Virus record (IMG/VR): IMGVR_UViG_3300045988_068495
Coordinates: 1-42,680 of that record
Length of the DNA: 42,680 nucleotides
Reading direction: 5' to 3' (one strand)
Origin: a virus
In this document: in pieces, positions 16,440 to 26,220 of the stretch
How positions within the stretch are numbered: the stretch's first letter is position 1
Layout: the number at the start of each line of letters is the position of its first letter
Notes under the pieces: model-generated
What the model saw: the letters and a program-made list of their open reading frames with translations, nothing else
Database searches by the model: none
What the model was told of the DNA's origin: nothing
Translations under genes and position numbers: made by a program

Positions 16440-17972
16440 ATGCCTACATGGAAAGCATGGAAAGACGAGAATAATAACGTATTTTATTTTGACAATGATC
16501 ACGACTACCAAGCAGACATAAATGCAGCTGTTGCAAAAGGCGACACGGCGGCAGCGGCCAAAGCGTGGGATTTGAGGCGCGCAAAGGGAGAGGCTAACGG
16601 CCTTAATCTTAAGATGGGCAATACAAACCCCTATGGAACAACCGGTGGTACCTACAACGGCACAAGCTACAGCAACTCTATAGACTACGGTCTCAGTGCC
16701 GACGCAAAGTTTGCGGCTGGTGACATAGAGGGCGCGAGAGAGGATGAGCGAAAAGGAAACGCCAAAATCCTCGGTAATAACATGAATTTGGAGCTTCGCA
16801 ACAAATATGGAAGCTACAGCGACACCGGCAAAGACACACCATCAACGGATTACAACTCCAAGTATTCCGAAGATTTGGACAAAATCCTTGGTTCAATTAC
16901 CGATGCAATAACTAATGCTCCGACTATTTCCATGCCGGGGTATTCGGCACCGACGTATAATCCGCAGTATGATGCGCAGATAGACGAGCTTTTGAACAAG
17001 CTGCTCAACCGTGAGGAATTTAGTTACAACGAAGAGCTTGACCCGCTGTATCAGCAGTATAAAGACTTATACACCAAGCAGGGACAGCTTGCAATGGAGG
17101 ATACAATGGGGCAGGCGGCGGCTCTCACAGGCGGCTATAGCTCGACCTATTCACAGGCCGTAGGACAACAGATGTACAATGCGTATCTGCAAAAGGTAAC
17201 GGAAATGCTGCCCGAGTTCTACGACAGAGCATATGGCAAATATCGTGATGAAGGTCAGGATATGAAAGACCTCTACGGCATGTACATTGACCGCGATCAA
17301 GTCGATTTCCAGCGCTACCAGCAGGAAGTCGCGAATGCCGAAATGGCGTATCAGGCAGCGGCAGCAGCGGCAAGCATGGCGTATCAGCAGCAGCAGGATA
17401 ACATAAGCAACCTCGGCAACCTGTATGGCCTCGTTTCCGGCGCGGATGCAACGGACTATGAGCGGTTCCTCAACAACTGGAACATGAACAACACGCTTGA
17501 TCAGCAGGAATACAACAAACTCATTGACAAGTGGAATCAGGACATGCAGCTGAGCGAGAGCAATTATAACAGGCGGCAGGATGCCCAGAAGCTTGCACAG
17601 AGCCAGATAGACGCAATCATTGCGGCAGGCGGCACGCCCTCTCAGGCGCTTATAAGCACGGCAGGCTATGACCCGTCGTATATCAACTCGCTCATGAGCT
17701 ACTATCAGCAGCAGGCGGCGGCGCAGAGTTCCGGCAGAAGTAGCGGCAGATCAGGCGGCGGCGGAAGCAGCAAAAAAAGCTCATCCAGCGCTTTTAGCGA
17801 GACCGGAGTTGACGATGCTACATATCGCGGCCTGAGAGACACGCTCTACTACGGCAAACAGGCAAACGGTACGACATGGGCACAAAACCAACTTGTCGAA
17901 ATGATCAGCGAGGGCAAAATCAGCAAAAAACAGGCCGATACTCTGGCAGCTTATGTTGGTTTGAAAATGTAA
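16440..17972 (+). CDS. Hypothetical virion protein, Gln/Tyr/Asn-rich with a Ser/Gly tract
   Basis: 510 aa with RBS ACGGAGGA. Contains SSGRSSGRSGGGGSSKKSSSS. Confidence 0.4.
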   Translation: MPTWKAWKDENNNVFYFDNDHDYQADINAAVAKGDTAAAAKAWDLRRAKGEANGLNLKMGNTNPYGTTGGTYNGTSYSNSIDYGLSADAKFAAGDIEGAREDERKGNAKILGNNMNLELRNKYGSYSDTGKDTPSTDYNSKYSEDLDKILGSITDAITNAPTISMPGYSAPTYNPQYDAQIDELLNKLLNREEFSYNEELDPLYQQYKDLYTKQGQLAMEDTMGQAAALTGGYSSTYSQAVGQQMYNAYLQKVTEMLPEFYDRAYGKYRDEGQDMKDLYGMYIDRDQVDFQRYQQEVANAEMAYQAAAAAASMAYQQQQDNISNLGNLYGLVSGADATDYERFLNNWNMNNTLDQQEYNKLIDKWNQDMQLSESNYNRRQDAQKLAQSQIDAIIAAGGTPSQALISTAGYDPSYINSLMSYYQQQAAAQSSGRSSGRSGGGGSSKKSSSSAFSETGVDDATYRGLRDTLYYGKQANGTTWAQNQLVEMISEGKISKKQADTLAAYVGLKM

Positions 17973-17992
17973 TGAAGTACGAGAGGTGCTAA

Positions 17993-20900
17993 ATGGCTTC
18001 AAATAGCATAAAAAAATACATTGCGAAACTGAAAGCTAATGAAAACTGGGTTGGCGACAATGCAAGCAGCGAAAAAAGCAAGAGCACCAATTCAGATTGG
18101 CGCAGTGAGTATATTGCAAGAATAAAAAGCGGTGCGGCAGCAAAAACCTATGATGATGAGCAGAAGTCAAAAGCACTTTTGCGCAACAATCCCGGATATG
18201 TATATAGCAAAGTATACGGCGATGGAACGAAAGGCAAAGCTGCGGCTTCGAAAATTGAAACCGGCAAGGGCAACGGCTATATCAGCGTGTGGGATGGCGA
18301 TGCAGTTAAGCGCAACAATCCCGGATACACATATCTGCAACAGGCCGGAGGCGGTGAAAAGCTCACCAAAGGCAGCGACGCGATATCGGCAGGCGATATT
18401 GAGTGGTATAAAAAGATACTCAGAGGCATTGACGTAGGCCTAACCGATTTCGGCAAAAGCTTGGTTTCCACTGCTGATGTTGTTACCAGCCTCGGCGACG
18501 AGGATGGAGGCCCTTTGCAAGAGCTTTGGTATATGTTTGGCGGCGACCGCATAGCAGAGGCTGCAGGGGATAATGCATTAGGAATTAAAGGCTTGAATTT
18601 TAAAGATAACCCTATCAAAGCCTTTAATAAACTCGGTGAGAAAGAAATAGAATACCGCCAAAAGCGCGACGCTGCGTATGCAGATAACCCCCTTTATAAG
18701 TACAGCGCGGCGACTTCTGAAGCGGCGGCAATGATGGCGTCAACTCTTATGGGCGGCGGTCTTGCAACTGCTGTCGACACTGCCGCGCTTGCTAATGCTG
18801 CGCGGATTGGGCAGGCTACCTCAAAACTCAGCCAGACCGGAGCTATAGCTCAGAACGCGATAAAGCAGTTTGCGACGCGCCCGGATGCGCAAGTTATATT
18901 TGGCTCGTCATTTGGTTCAAGCTATGACGAGGCTAAACAAGACGGCGCGGATGACTTGCAGGCGCTTGTTTATGCTGCGCTGAATGGCGCAGGAAATGCG
19001 GTTACTGAACTTGGCGGCGTCTCCGAACTTGGCGGCTTGCAGAAGTTGCCCGAATGGGTGAAAAAAGCTGTTAATAAGGGCGACAAAAGTCTGCTTCTCA
19101 ACTACGCTAAGAGCATCGGGGAAGAAGCAAGCGAGGAAATCATACAGGGCATTTTAGGCAGAGGACTAAAGAGTATATACTCTGACGTGCCGCTGTATGA
19201 CGCAAACGATGAAAACTCTATAATCAATCCAAAGGCGGCGCTTGAGGAAGCTACCGGCGCGGCGGTCGTTTCGACTTTGCTCGGTCTCCCTACGACCGGC
19301 ATAAATGCGGCATACAGAGCAAAGCAGCGCGGAGAAACCGGGCAGAGATTATACGGCAATTCTCAGCGAGAGTTAGTTGACGAAGGACTGGAAAGCGAAC
19401 GAGGCACTAAAAGCTATGAGCTTGCAAGAAAATACGATGAAAAGCTAAATAGCGGCAAACAGCTTAGCGGTAACGAGCTTTACAAGCTTGCACAAGCTAA
19501 CGAAAAAGCGCAGGCAAATGAGGGACCTGCTGTTCAGCCAGTGCCAGAAGCACAAACCAATGAGGAAAGCCCGTCGTTGCCGTATGCTGCACTGAACAGA
19601 GAACAGCAGTTATCCGGGCTAAGAAATTATGTTGAACAACGCTCGGAGATGTCTGCGCCTGTTAACACAAACGTTTCAAATAATGAAGCTGTAAGCGAAA
19701 GCATAAACAATGTTGCGGCAAAGATAGATGCAACGCCTGAGTTCGTGAGCAGAGTATACAATTTAAATCCCGTCGCGTCTCCCAAGGCGTTTGAAATGGC
19801 GTTTGATGCTGTGTATCAGATGGGGCAGCGGGGCGTGAACAAAGAGACGCTTACCAAAGTGCCCGTGCTGAACCGCGCACAGGCGGAGATAGCCTATAAC
19901 ATGGGTGCATCTACAACTCAGGCGGCGGTTGACGATGCGGCTGTGCAAGGTGATAATGTAAGCACACAGGTAAACAACCAGATAAACACACAGGAGGTAA
20001 ACGAGAATGGAATACGTCTACGCGACAGCAGCCAACGGCTTAACGGTCAGAATACCGAAGGACAAATACCCTCAGTGGAAAGAGGCACAGTCGAAGCTTA
20101 CGCCGGAACAGATAGCGGCAGACAAAGCGGTTATAGCGCAGCTCAAGGCAAAGCTGGGCAAAAAGTAGTCTATAACGGCGTAGAGCAGGAAAACGTCTAC
20201 TACTCCGGCGAGGACACCGAGAGCATGAAAAAAGGCCGTGAGCTTGCAAGAAGCTACGGCTACAACGTTCAATATTTTGAGGGCGGCAATATCAAGGACA
20301 GCGGCGGCGAGTTCAGAGGCATGGTCGATACCGAGAGCAAAACCGTTATGGTGCGTTCAGACCATCCCGACATATCCGCAGAGCAGATAATGCGCCACGA
20401 GATGGGGCACGCGGCAATTGCACAGGGCGATATAAGCCTTGACGAGCTGCGCAGCGCTATGCTTTCAGACCTCTCGGAGAAAGAGCTTAACAGCGCCGTC
20501 GAGGTCTACAGGCACGCATACGGCGACACGATAAGCGAGGCCGAAGCGTTTGAGGAAATGTGCTGCGACGCGCTGGGCAGGATAAACATCTTTGCCGGAA
20601 CGGAGCACGACAGCGCAGGCTACGGCAAGATGCAGGAAAGTTTCCGTAAACACACCGCCGAGGCCGCGAACAAAGGCAGAGCACCGCCGAAGAGCGGAGT
20701 GAAGTATTCGCTTGAACCGTATTCTAATCAGCAGATTGAAAATTGGAAGAGCAGCAAGCGAATAAATGTTTATGAAAATTCCGCACAATTAGACTTGTTC
20801 GTAAAGAGAGCTATAGAGGATAAGGGTTTTACCGGCAAAATGTTTTTTGGAGTTGTTGGCAATGATCTTGCAAATGCTATAGAAACTGCGACAGGCTATA

Positions 20901-23900
20901 ATTTTACCGGGCGTAATGTTACTTTGCGTGCTGACCATGTCAGAAAAATATTCAAAGATCATGGTTCGATAAAAGCGGAAACAGCAAGAGGTCAGAGAGC
21001 AATTACAGCAAATGATTTCACACTAATCCCTGCTGTGATAAGTGAGCCTGAAAAAATAAAAAAATCTACTTACAATAATCGTCCCGCTGCCGAATTTATA
21101 AAAGTGATAGACGGCAGCAGAGTTACAGTTATTGCGGTAGATAGCGGTGGAAGTCTTGACTTGTATGTGCAAACCATGTATGCAAGCGCAAAAAAAGGAA
21201 GCATAGCCCGCATGGTCAATGCAAATGCCCTGACCAAAACGCCCGAGACGACTACGGGGACTGCTCCCAATACCAATATACCCAATACAAGCAAGAATGT
21301 CAACGAAAAATTTTCCCGAGAAGTAAAAAACGCTGAGGAATATTTCGGTACTACCTACAAAGTAAAAGAAGCCGGTTATATCTGCACAGACGGCAAAATG
21401 CTCGACTTTTCGGGTAGACACGAGGGAGCACCGGGCGGCTACAGGACAGTTGACCACCGCGACATAACTGATGCGCTCGGCGAAGATTACGGCGGCGAGG
21501 ACTACAGCGGCGGCATGATAAAATTTATGAGCGAGGGCAATATTCGTGTTTCTCCTGAGAGCGGCGGCATAAATCTATCGGTCGCGCCGAACAAGGCACA
21601 GCGCAGTACACTCGACAGGTATATTTCTTCGTTCAGAGGTGAGGTCATACTCGACATAGACCGCACAAACGGTGACACTATTGCGTCAGTTGAGTATCCT
21701 AAATATACTCATTCTTCGGTCGTGTTCAAAGATATCGACGATTATTTTGACAAAGGCAAAATACCAGAGAAATTTTCCCGCGAGCCGGAGAGGCTCAACG
21801 AACTGAGGCGGCAGAACGAAACCATGCTCGCTCAGGCGACAAACGAGGACGCCGCAAACGAGAACGAGCGCGGCCTTATAAAGGACTATAAACGCCAGTA
21901 CGACAAGGTTAGCGGCATTGTCGAAAAGCTTAACACGGCACGGCAGGAGTTGACTGCGGCAGAGAACGGCGGCGACAAAAACGCCATAGCGACAGCCCAA
22001 AATCGTTTTACCCTGCTTAGCAGAAAGTACGCAGAGGAACACAGAAAACTCAGCGATTATGTCAATATTAAGGCTTTGGGCAATGTCCTTGCGAGGGTAA
22101 AGGATAGAACGGGAGAAAATCCGCTGCCCGAAGGCATGGGCGCGGCTTCGGCAGAGTTCACGGGAGAGGAAACCGTGGGCGAGCGCTGGGTAACGGAGGC
22201 TCAGGGCGAGGGCGACAGCGCACTGCACCCGATAAGCAAGGAGCAGGAGGCAAATCTCGCCGAACAGCAGCACAGAGCGCCGCAGGAGATACCAAAGAAA
22301 GACCTGAACGGCAAGCTCACGAGCAAGCATGTTTCCACCATAGCCAACAGCGGCATGACACCGTCTGAGTTCTCCGACGCGCTGAGAGAGGATGCGGCAC
22401 TGGGTAAGTTCTCGCACATTGCATACTCCGACGAGGAAGCGCTTAAAAAGGCCGAACGCGCTATCTCTGACGACGGCTGGGATCAGGCGCTTGCAAACTA
22501 CAAGGCCGAGATAAACAGCGGCAGAGTATCGAAGGACAACACCGTTATGGGCATTGCCCTTTACAACAATGCCGTCAACAGCGGGGACTACGTAACGGCG
22601 ATGGATATTGCATCGCTCATGGTCAAAAACTCCACGAACACGGCGCAGTCCTTGCAGGCTATGCGCATTCTCAACAAGCTTTCGCCCGAATGCAGACTGT
22701 ACCTCGCGGCAAAGTCGATAGAGAACATCGAGGAAGACCTCAACGAGCGGTACAAGGACAACAAAGCGGATATACATGTTGACAAAATCCTTTATGATGA
22801 GTATGCCAAGGCGCTCAGACAGGGCGACGAGGACGGCATAAAAACCGCGTGGGCGAACATAGAGCAGAGCGTAGCACAGCAGATAAACGCGACATGGTAC
22901 GAAAAGCTCAACAACTTCCGCTATCTCGCCATGCTGGGCAATCCGAGAACACATGTCCGAAACATCTTGGGCAATGCACTTTTTACGCCGGTAAGAGAAG
23001 TAAAGAATATTATAGCGTATGGCATCGAGAATATGGTTGACGCTAAAATCGACGGCGGCATTGAGCGCAGCAAGGCAATACTCAATTCCTCGAATGCGAC
23101 GGATAAAGCGCTTATTGACTATGGCAAGATGGATTATGCCGCGATGCAGGACGTTATCCTTTCGGGCGGCAAGTACAACGACAATTTCAGTGGAGTAGAC
23201 AACAACAGAACGATATATGATAAGGTCAAGCCGCTTGAAACGCTGCGCAAAGCCAATTCAAAGGCGCTCGACAAAGAGGACGCTTTTTTCTGCAAAAATG
23301 CTTACGCTTATGCGCTTGCACGGTGGTACAAGTCAAACGGCATAAGCGCGGAGCAATTGCTCTCCGGGCAGGTCGCCGACGAGACGGTTGCCAAGGCACA
23401 GGCCATTGCCGTCAAGGAAGCGCAGAAAGCCACATACCGCGACATTAACGTGTTTTCACAATGGGTCAGCAATCTCGGCAAAACAAGGTACAAGGCTGTA
23501 AACGTGCTTGTAGAGGGCATTCTGCCGTTCAAGAAAACCCCGGCCAACATCTTAGCCCGCGGTATGGAATACTCGCCGGTCGGACTTATGAAGTCTCTGT
23601 GGGACATCCGAAGAGTCAAGGCGTATGTAAACGGTGACGTTGATAACGGCATGAGCCCGGCAGAGTTTATAGACGAAGTTTCGGCAGGGCTTACGGGTAC
23701 GGCACTCGTGGGGCTTGGCGTGCTTTTGGCGTGGCAGGGCATGTTGCTCGGCGGCAGCGGTGACGACGATAAACAAAGCAAATTCGATGAGCTGAGCGGA
23801 AATCAGAAATATGCCTTGAGCGTAGGCGGTCTGAGCATCACGCTTGACTGGCTCGCACCCGAGTGTTTGCCGGTATTCGTAGGCGTGGAGCTGTATAACT

Positions 23901-24742
23901 CGTTGAGCGGCAAAAATGACAGTGCGAATGTGTTTGACGGTGCGCTTAAATCACTTGCCAGCGTGACCACCCCTGTACTTGAAATGTCAATGCTGCAAAG
24001 CGTCAGCGACCTTATAAATAACATTGGTTACGTAGATGACGCAAGCGGCATGTATAAAATACTCTCCAAGTCCGTGACAAGCTACTTGACGCAGTATTTC
24101 CCCACCATTCTCGGACAGGCTGAGCGCACATTTGAGGAAACCCAGCGCGAGATGACCTATGTCGACCGCAACAGCGCTGCGAGTACGGAGCTGCAATACA
24201 TGTGGGGCAAGATCGCAAACAAGATACCGTTTTACGATTTCAGTCAGATACCGTACATCGACGCATGGGGGCGCACGGAGGAGACCGGCAACTTCTTCGT
24301 GAGGGCGCTTAACAACTTCGTCAATCCCGCATACGTCAAGAAGGAGCGCCCGACGGAGATAGACGGAGAGCTCGAACGGCTTTACGATCTCGGCGAAACC
24401 TCCGTATATCCCAGCCGCGCGAAAACAAACACAAAAATCAACGGCGAATATCTGACGGCTGAGGAATATGTGAAGTATGCAACAGTTAAGGGGCAAACCT
24501 CTTATGATCTGGCAACTAAGATAATAAACAGCAGTGCATATTCTCGCGCATCCGATGCCGAAAAGGCATACATGCTCAGTTATGTATACAAATACGCAGA
24601 CCATATCGCTAAGTACGAAGTCAATGACGAGAGCAGCCTTGCGAAATGGGAAGCAGCAGCCTATAAGAGTTCAAACCCGGCGCAGGGGATAATCGACCAT
24701 GCGCAGGAATATTATAAGCGCAAAGAGAACGACGAAAGTTAA
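17993..24742 (+). CDS. Giant polyvalent virion protein (2249 aa): zincin-like metallopeptidase motif, PBECR-like nuclease-fold region, C-terminal helical region with transmembrane segments
   Basis: HEMGH at 20396-20410. VTLRADHVRKIFKDHGS..FTLIPAVISEPEKI (PBECR-like). DGKMLDFSGRHEG..RTVDHRDI..GNIRVSPESGGINL (LPD-like). Hydrophobic LTGTALVGLGVLLAWQGMLLGG. Confidence 0.65.
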   Translation: MASNSIKKYIAKLKANENWVGDNASSEKSKSTNSDWRSEYIARIKSGAAAKTYDDEQKSKALLRNNPGYVYSKVYGDGTKGKAAASKIETGKGNGYISVWDGDAVKRNNPGYTYLQQAGGGEKLTKGSDAISAGDIEWYKKILRGIDVGLTDFGKSLVSTADVVTSLGDEDGGPLQELWYMFGGDRIAEAAGDNALGIKGLNFKDNPIKAFNKLGEKEIEYRQKRDAAYADNPLYKYSAATSEAAAMMASTLMGGGLATAVDTAALANAARIGQATSKLSQTGAIAQNAIKQFATRPDAQVIFGSSFGSSYDEAKQDGADDLQALVYAALNGAGNAVTELGGVSELGGLQKLPEWVKKAVNKGDKSLLLNYAKSIGEEASEEIIQGILGRGLKSIYSDVPLYDANDENSIINPKAALEEATGAAVVSTLLGLPTTGINAAYRAKQRGETGQRLYGNSQRELVDEGLESERGTKSYELARKYDEKLNSGKQLSGNELYKLAQANEKAQANEGPAVQPVPEAQTNEESPSLPYAALNREQQLSGLRNYVEQRSEMSAPVNTNVSNNEAVSESINNVAAKIDATPEFVSRVYNLNPVASPKAFEMAFDAVYQMGQRGVNKETLTKVPVLNRAQAEIAYNMGASTTQAAVDDAAVQGDNVSTQVNNQINTQEVNENGIRLRDSSQRLNGQNTEGQIPSVERGTVEAYAGTDSGRQSGYSAAQGKAGQKVVYNGVEQENVYYSGEDTESMKKGRELARSYGYNVQYFEGGNIKDSGGEFRGMVDTESKTVMVRSDHPDISAEQIMRHEMGHAAIAQGDISLDELRSAMLSDLSEKELNSAVEVYRHAYGDTISEAEAFEEMCCDALGRINIFAGTEHDSAGYGKMQESFRKHTAEAANKGRAPPKSGVKYSLEPYSNQQIENWKSSKRINVYENSAQLDLFVKRAIEDKGFTGKMFFGVVGNDLANAIETATGYNFTGRNVTLRADHVRKIFKDHGSIKAETARGQRAITANDFTLIPAVISEPEKIKKSTYNNRPAAEFIKVIDGSRVTVIAVDSGGSLDLYVQTMYASAKKGSIARMVNANALTKTPETTTGTAPNTNIPNTSKNVNEKFSREVKNAEEYFGTTYKVKEAGYICTDGKMLDFSGRHEGAPGGYRTVDHRDITDALGEDYGGEDYSGGMIKFMSEGNIRVSPESGGINLSVAPNKAQRSTLDRYISSFRGEVILDIDRTNGDTIASVEYPKYTHSSVVFKDIDDYFDKGKIPEKFSREPERLNELRRQNETMLAQATNEDAANENERGLIKDYKRQYDKVSGIVEKLNTARQELTAAENGGDKNAIATAQNRFTLLSRKYAEEHRKLSDYVNIKALGNVLARVKDRTGENPLPEGMGAASAEFTGEETVGERWVTEAQGEGDSALHPISKEQEANLAEQQHRAPQEIPKKDLNGKLTSKHVSTIANSGMTPSEFSDALREDAALGKFSHIAYSDEEALKKAERAISDDGWDQALANYKAEINSGRVSKDNTVMGIALYNNAVNSGDYVTAMDIASLMVKNSTNTAQSLQAMRILNKLSPECRLYLAAKSIENIEEDLNERYKDNKADIHVDKILYDEYAKALRQGDEDGIKTAWANIEQSVAQQINATWYEKLNNFRYLAMLGNPRTHVRNILGNALFTPVREVKNIIAYGIENMVDAKIDGGIERSKAILNSSNATDKALIDYGKMDYAAMQDVILSGGKYNDNFSGVDNNRTIYDKVKPLETLRKANSKALDKEDAFFCKNAYAYALARWYKSNGISAEQLLSGQVADETVAKAQAIAVKEAQKATYRDINVFSQWVSNLGKTRYKAVNVLVEGILPFKKTPANILARGMEYSPVGLMKSLWDIRRVKAYVNGDVDNGMSPAEFIDEVSAGLTGTALVGLGVLLAWQGMLLGGSGDDDKQSKFDELSGNQKYALSVGGLSITLDWLAPECLPVFVGVELYNSLSGKNDSANVFDGALKSLASVTTPVLEMSMLQSVSDLINNIGYVDDASGMYKILSKSVTSYLTQYFPTILGQAERTFEETQREMTYVDRNSAASTELQYMWGKIANKIPFYDFSQIPYIDAWGRTEETGNFFVRALNNFVNPAYVKKERPTEIDGELERLYDLGETSVYPSRAKTNTKINGEYLTAEEYVKYATVKGQTSYDLATKIINSSAYSRASDAEKAYMLSYVYKYADHIAKYEVNDESSLAKWEAAAYKSSNPAQGIIDHAQEYYKRKENDES

Positions 24743-24792
24743 AAAACATGCGGAGGTGGGGCTTAATAAGCCCTGCCTCCTTTTGTTATGCT
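24741..24792 (+). promoter_or_regulatory. Conserved late box, copy 3 (A6-CATGCGGAGGTGGGGCT-N23-TATGCT)
   Basis: See copies 1 and 2. This copy overlaps the terminator hairpin. Confidence 0.35.
24752..24787 (+). terminator. Rho-independent terminator after the giant ORF
   Basis: GGAGGTGGGGCTT-loop-AAGCCCTGCCTCC forms a stem of about 13 bp with two wobbles, followed by TTTTGTT. Confidence 0.75.
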
Positions 24793-24825
24793 GAAATCAA
24801 GAAGCAAAAAAGGAGGAAAAGCCTT

Positions 24826-26220
24826 TTGACAACAATCATGATCGGCAAAGCGCTGGCGACGGTGACGGAAAACGAAACCTTGACCAGCGGCATGATAAAT
24901 GCAAAGATAAAATTCGAGTTTTCAGCCGATTGGCATTCGGGAATAAGCAGAACCGCGATATTCACGGCAGGCGACGTTACAAAGGTCGTGCTCGATTCGT
25001 ATTGGGAAAACAACGTCTGCTCCATTCCGCAGGAATGCCTTGAGAAAAGCGACGAGATACTCATGGTCGGCGTGTACGGTGCTGACAACGCCAACACGGT
25101 CGCGATACCTACGGTGTGGGCGACGGTCGGCAAGATACGCAAGGGCTATGAGGGCTATGAGGACGTATCGACCGGCACACTGCCCATCTGGGCGCAGGTG
25201 CAGTCGGCGGCGGCACAGTCGGCACAGGCGGCAAAGGACGCGCAGACAGCGGCAGAAACTGCACAGGGCAAAGCCGAGGATGCGCAGAATGCCGCGGAGA
25301 CGGCACAGGCAGCAGCCGAGACCGCACAGGGCAAAGCGGAAACCGCGCAGAGCAAGGCAGAGACCGCGCGAGATACCTCGAAAGCAGCACAGGCAGCAGC
25401 GCAGACCGCACAGGGCAAGGCTGAGACTGCACAGAGCAAAGCCGAAGATGCGCAGAGTGCCGCAGAGGCTTCCGCAACGGCGGCGGCAGAATACGAGAGC
25501 GGCGCAAAAAGCGCGGCGGCAACGGCGGCGGCAGGCGGCAATATGGCCAAGAGCTGGGCTGTAGGCGGCACGGGAACGCGCGAGGGCGAGGATACCGACA
25601 ACGCGAAGTATTGGGCTAAAGCGGCTCAGGGCGCGGCAGGCGGCGGCGTGACGAGCTTCAACGGGCGCTCGGGCGCTGTCGTACCCAAGAGCGGCGACTA
25701 CACGGCGGCAATGGTCGGAGCAGACTCGCAGGGCACGGCAGAGACAAAGGCGGCCGAGGTGCAATCAAACCTCAACGCCCACACATCGGACACGGTCAAG
25801 CACGTCACGGCAGCGGAGCGGAGCACGTGGAACAGTAAGGAGACCGGCGGCGCGGCAGCTAATGTGCAATCAAACCTCAACGCCCACGCATCGGACACGG
25901 TCAAGCATGTTACGGCCGAGGAACGAGCGGTGTGGAACGCCAAAGTGGCCAAGAGCACTAAGGTCAACACAACGCTGTATGCGTCGAGCTGGAGTACGGC
26001 AAAGAAATACACCGTCAGCAACGCGAACATTACGGCGACATCGGCGGTCGAGCTGCTGCCGAGGGAGAACAACGGCATAACGCAGGCGCAGATGGAAGCA
26101 CTTTCGGGCGCGATGATAGTCGGCGGCACACAGGCGGCAGGGAGCATTCAGCTCGTCGCGTTGGGCGATAAGCCGACAACGGATATCCCGGTGACTTTAA
26201 TAATCAGGAGGGATTTGTAA
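24826..26220 (+). CDS. Tail fibre protein
   Basis: TTG 24826 lies 9 nt after AGGAGG (ATG 24838 is an alternative). Contains Ala/Gln-rich AETAQGKAE repeats, AKYWA and two H..DTVKHVT..ER..WN.K repeats. Confidence 0.7.
   Translation: MTTIMIGKALATVTENETLTSGMINAKIKFEFSADWHSGISRTAIFTAGDVTKVVLDSYWENNVCSIPQECLEKSDEILMVGVYGADNANTVAIPTVWATVGKIRKGYEGYEDVSTGTLPIWAQVQSAAAQSAQAAKDAQTAAETAQGKAEDAQNAAETAQAAAETAQGKAETAQSKAETARDTSKAAQAAAQTAQGKAETAQSKAEDAQSAAEASATAAAEYESGAKSAAATAAAGGNMAKSWAVGGTGTREGEDTDNAKYWAKAAQGAAGGGVTSFNGRSGAVVPKSGDYTAAMVGADSQGTAETKAAEVQSNLNAHTSDTVKHVTAAERSTWNSKETGGAAANVQSNLNAHASDTVKHVTAEERAVWNAKVAKSTKVNTTLYASSWSTAKKYTVSNANITATSAVELLPRENNGITQAQMEALSGAMIVGGTQAAGSIQLVALGDKPTTDIPVTLIIRRDL
25759..25940 (+). 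repeat. Tandem 105-nt (35-aa) duplication inside the fibre gene
   Basis: gtgcaatcaaacctcaacgcccac.. occurs at 25759 and again at 25864 (VQSNLNAH.SDTVKHVTA.ER..WN.K). Confidence 0.85.

Noticed and set aside
21686-22954. A 422-aa minus-strand ORF.
   Set aside because: It is antisense to the giant polyvalent ORF, has the same junk composition, and has no translation signals.
17993-24742. Interpretation of the 2249-aa ORF as a tape measure protein.
   Set aside because: - No tail tube, terminator or chaperone-frameshift genes accompany it.
- It contains an HExxH motif and nuclease-fold-like modules typical of polyvalent proteins.
- This cannot be fully excluded without profile searches.
24922-25764. 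Several long Arg/Cys/Ala/Pro-rich ORFs on both strands (24922..25764, 25040..25564, 25109..25522, 25155..25601).
   Set aside because: They are alternative frames of the GC-rich Ala/Gln repeat region of the fibre gene. Their extreme composition is not protein-like.
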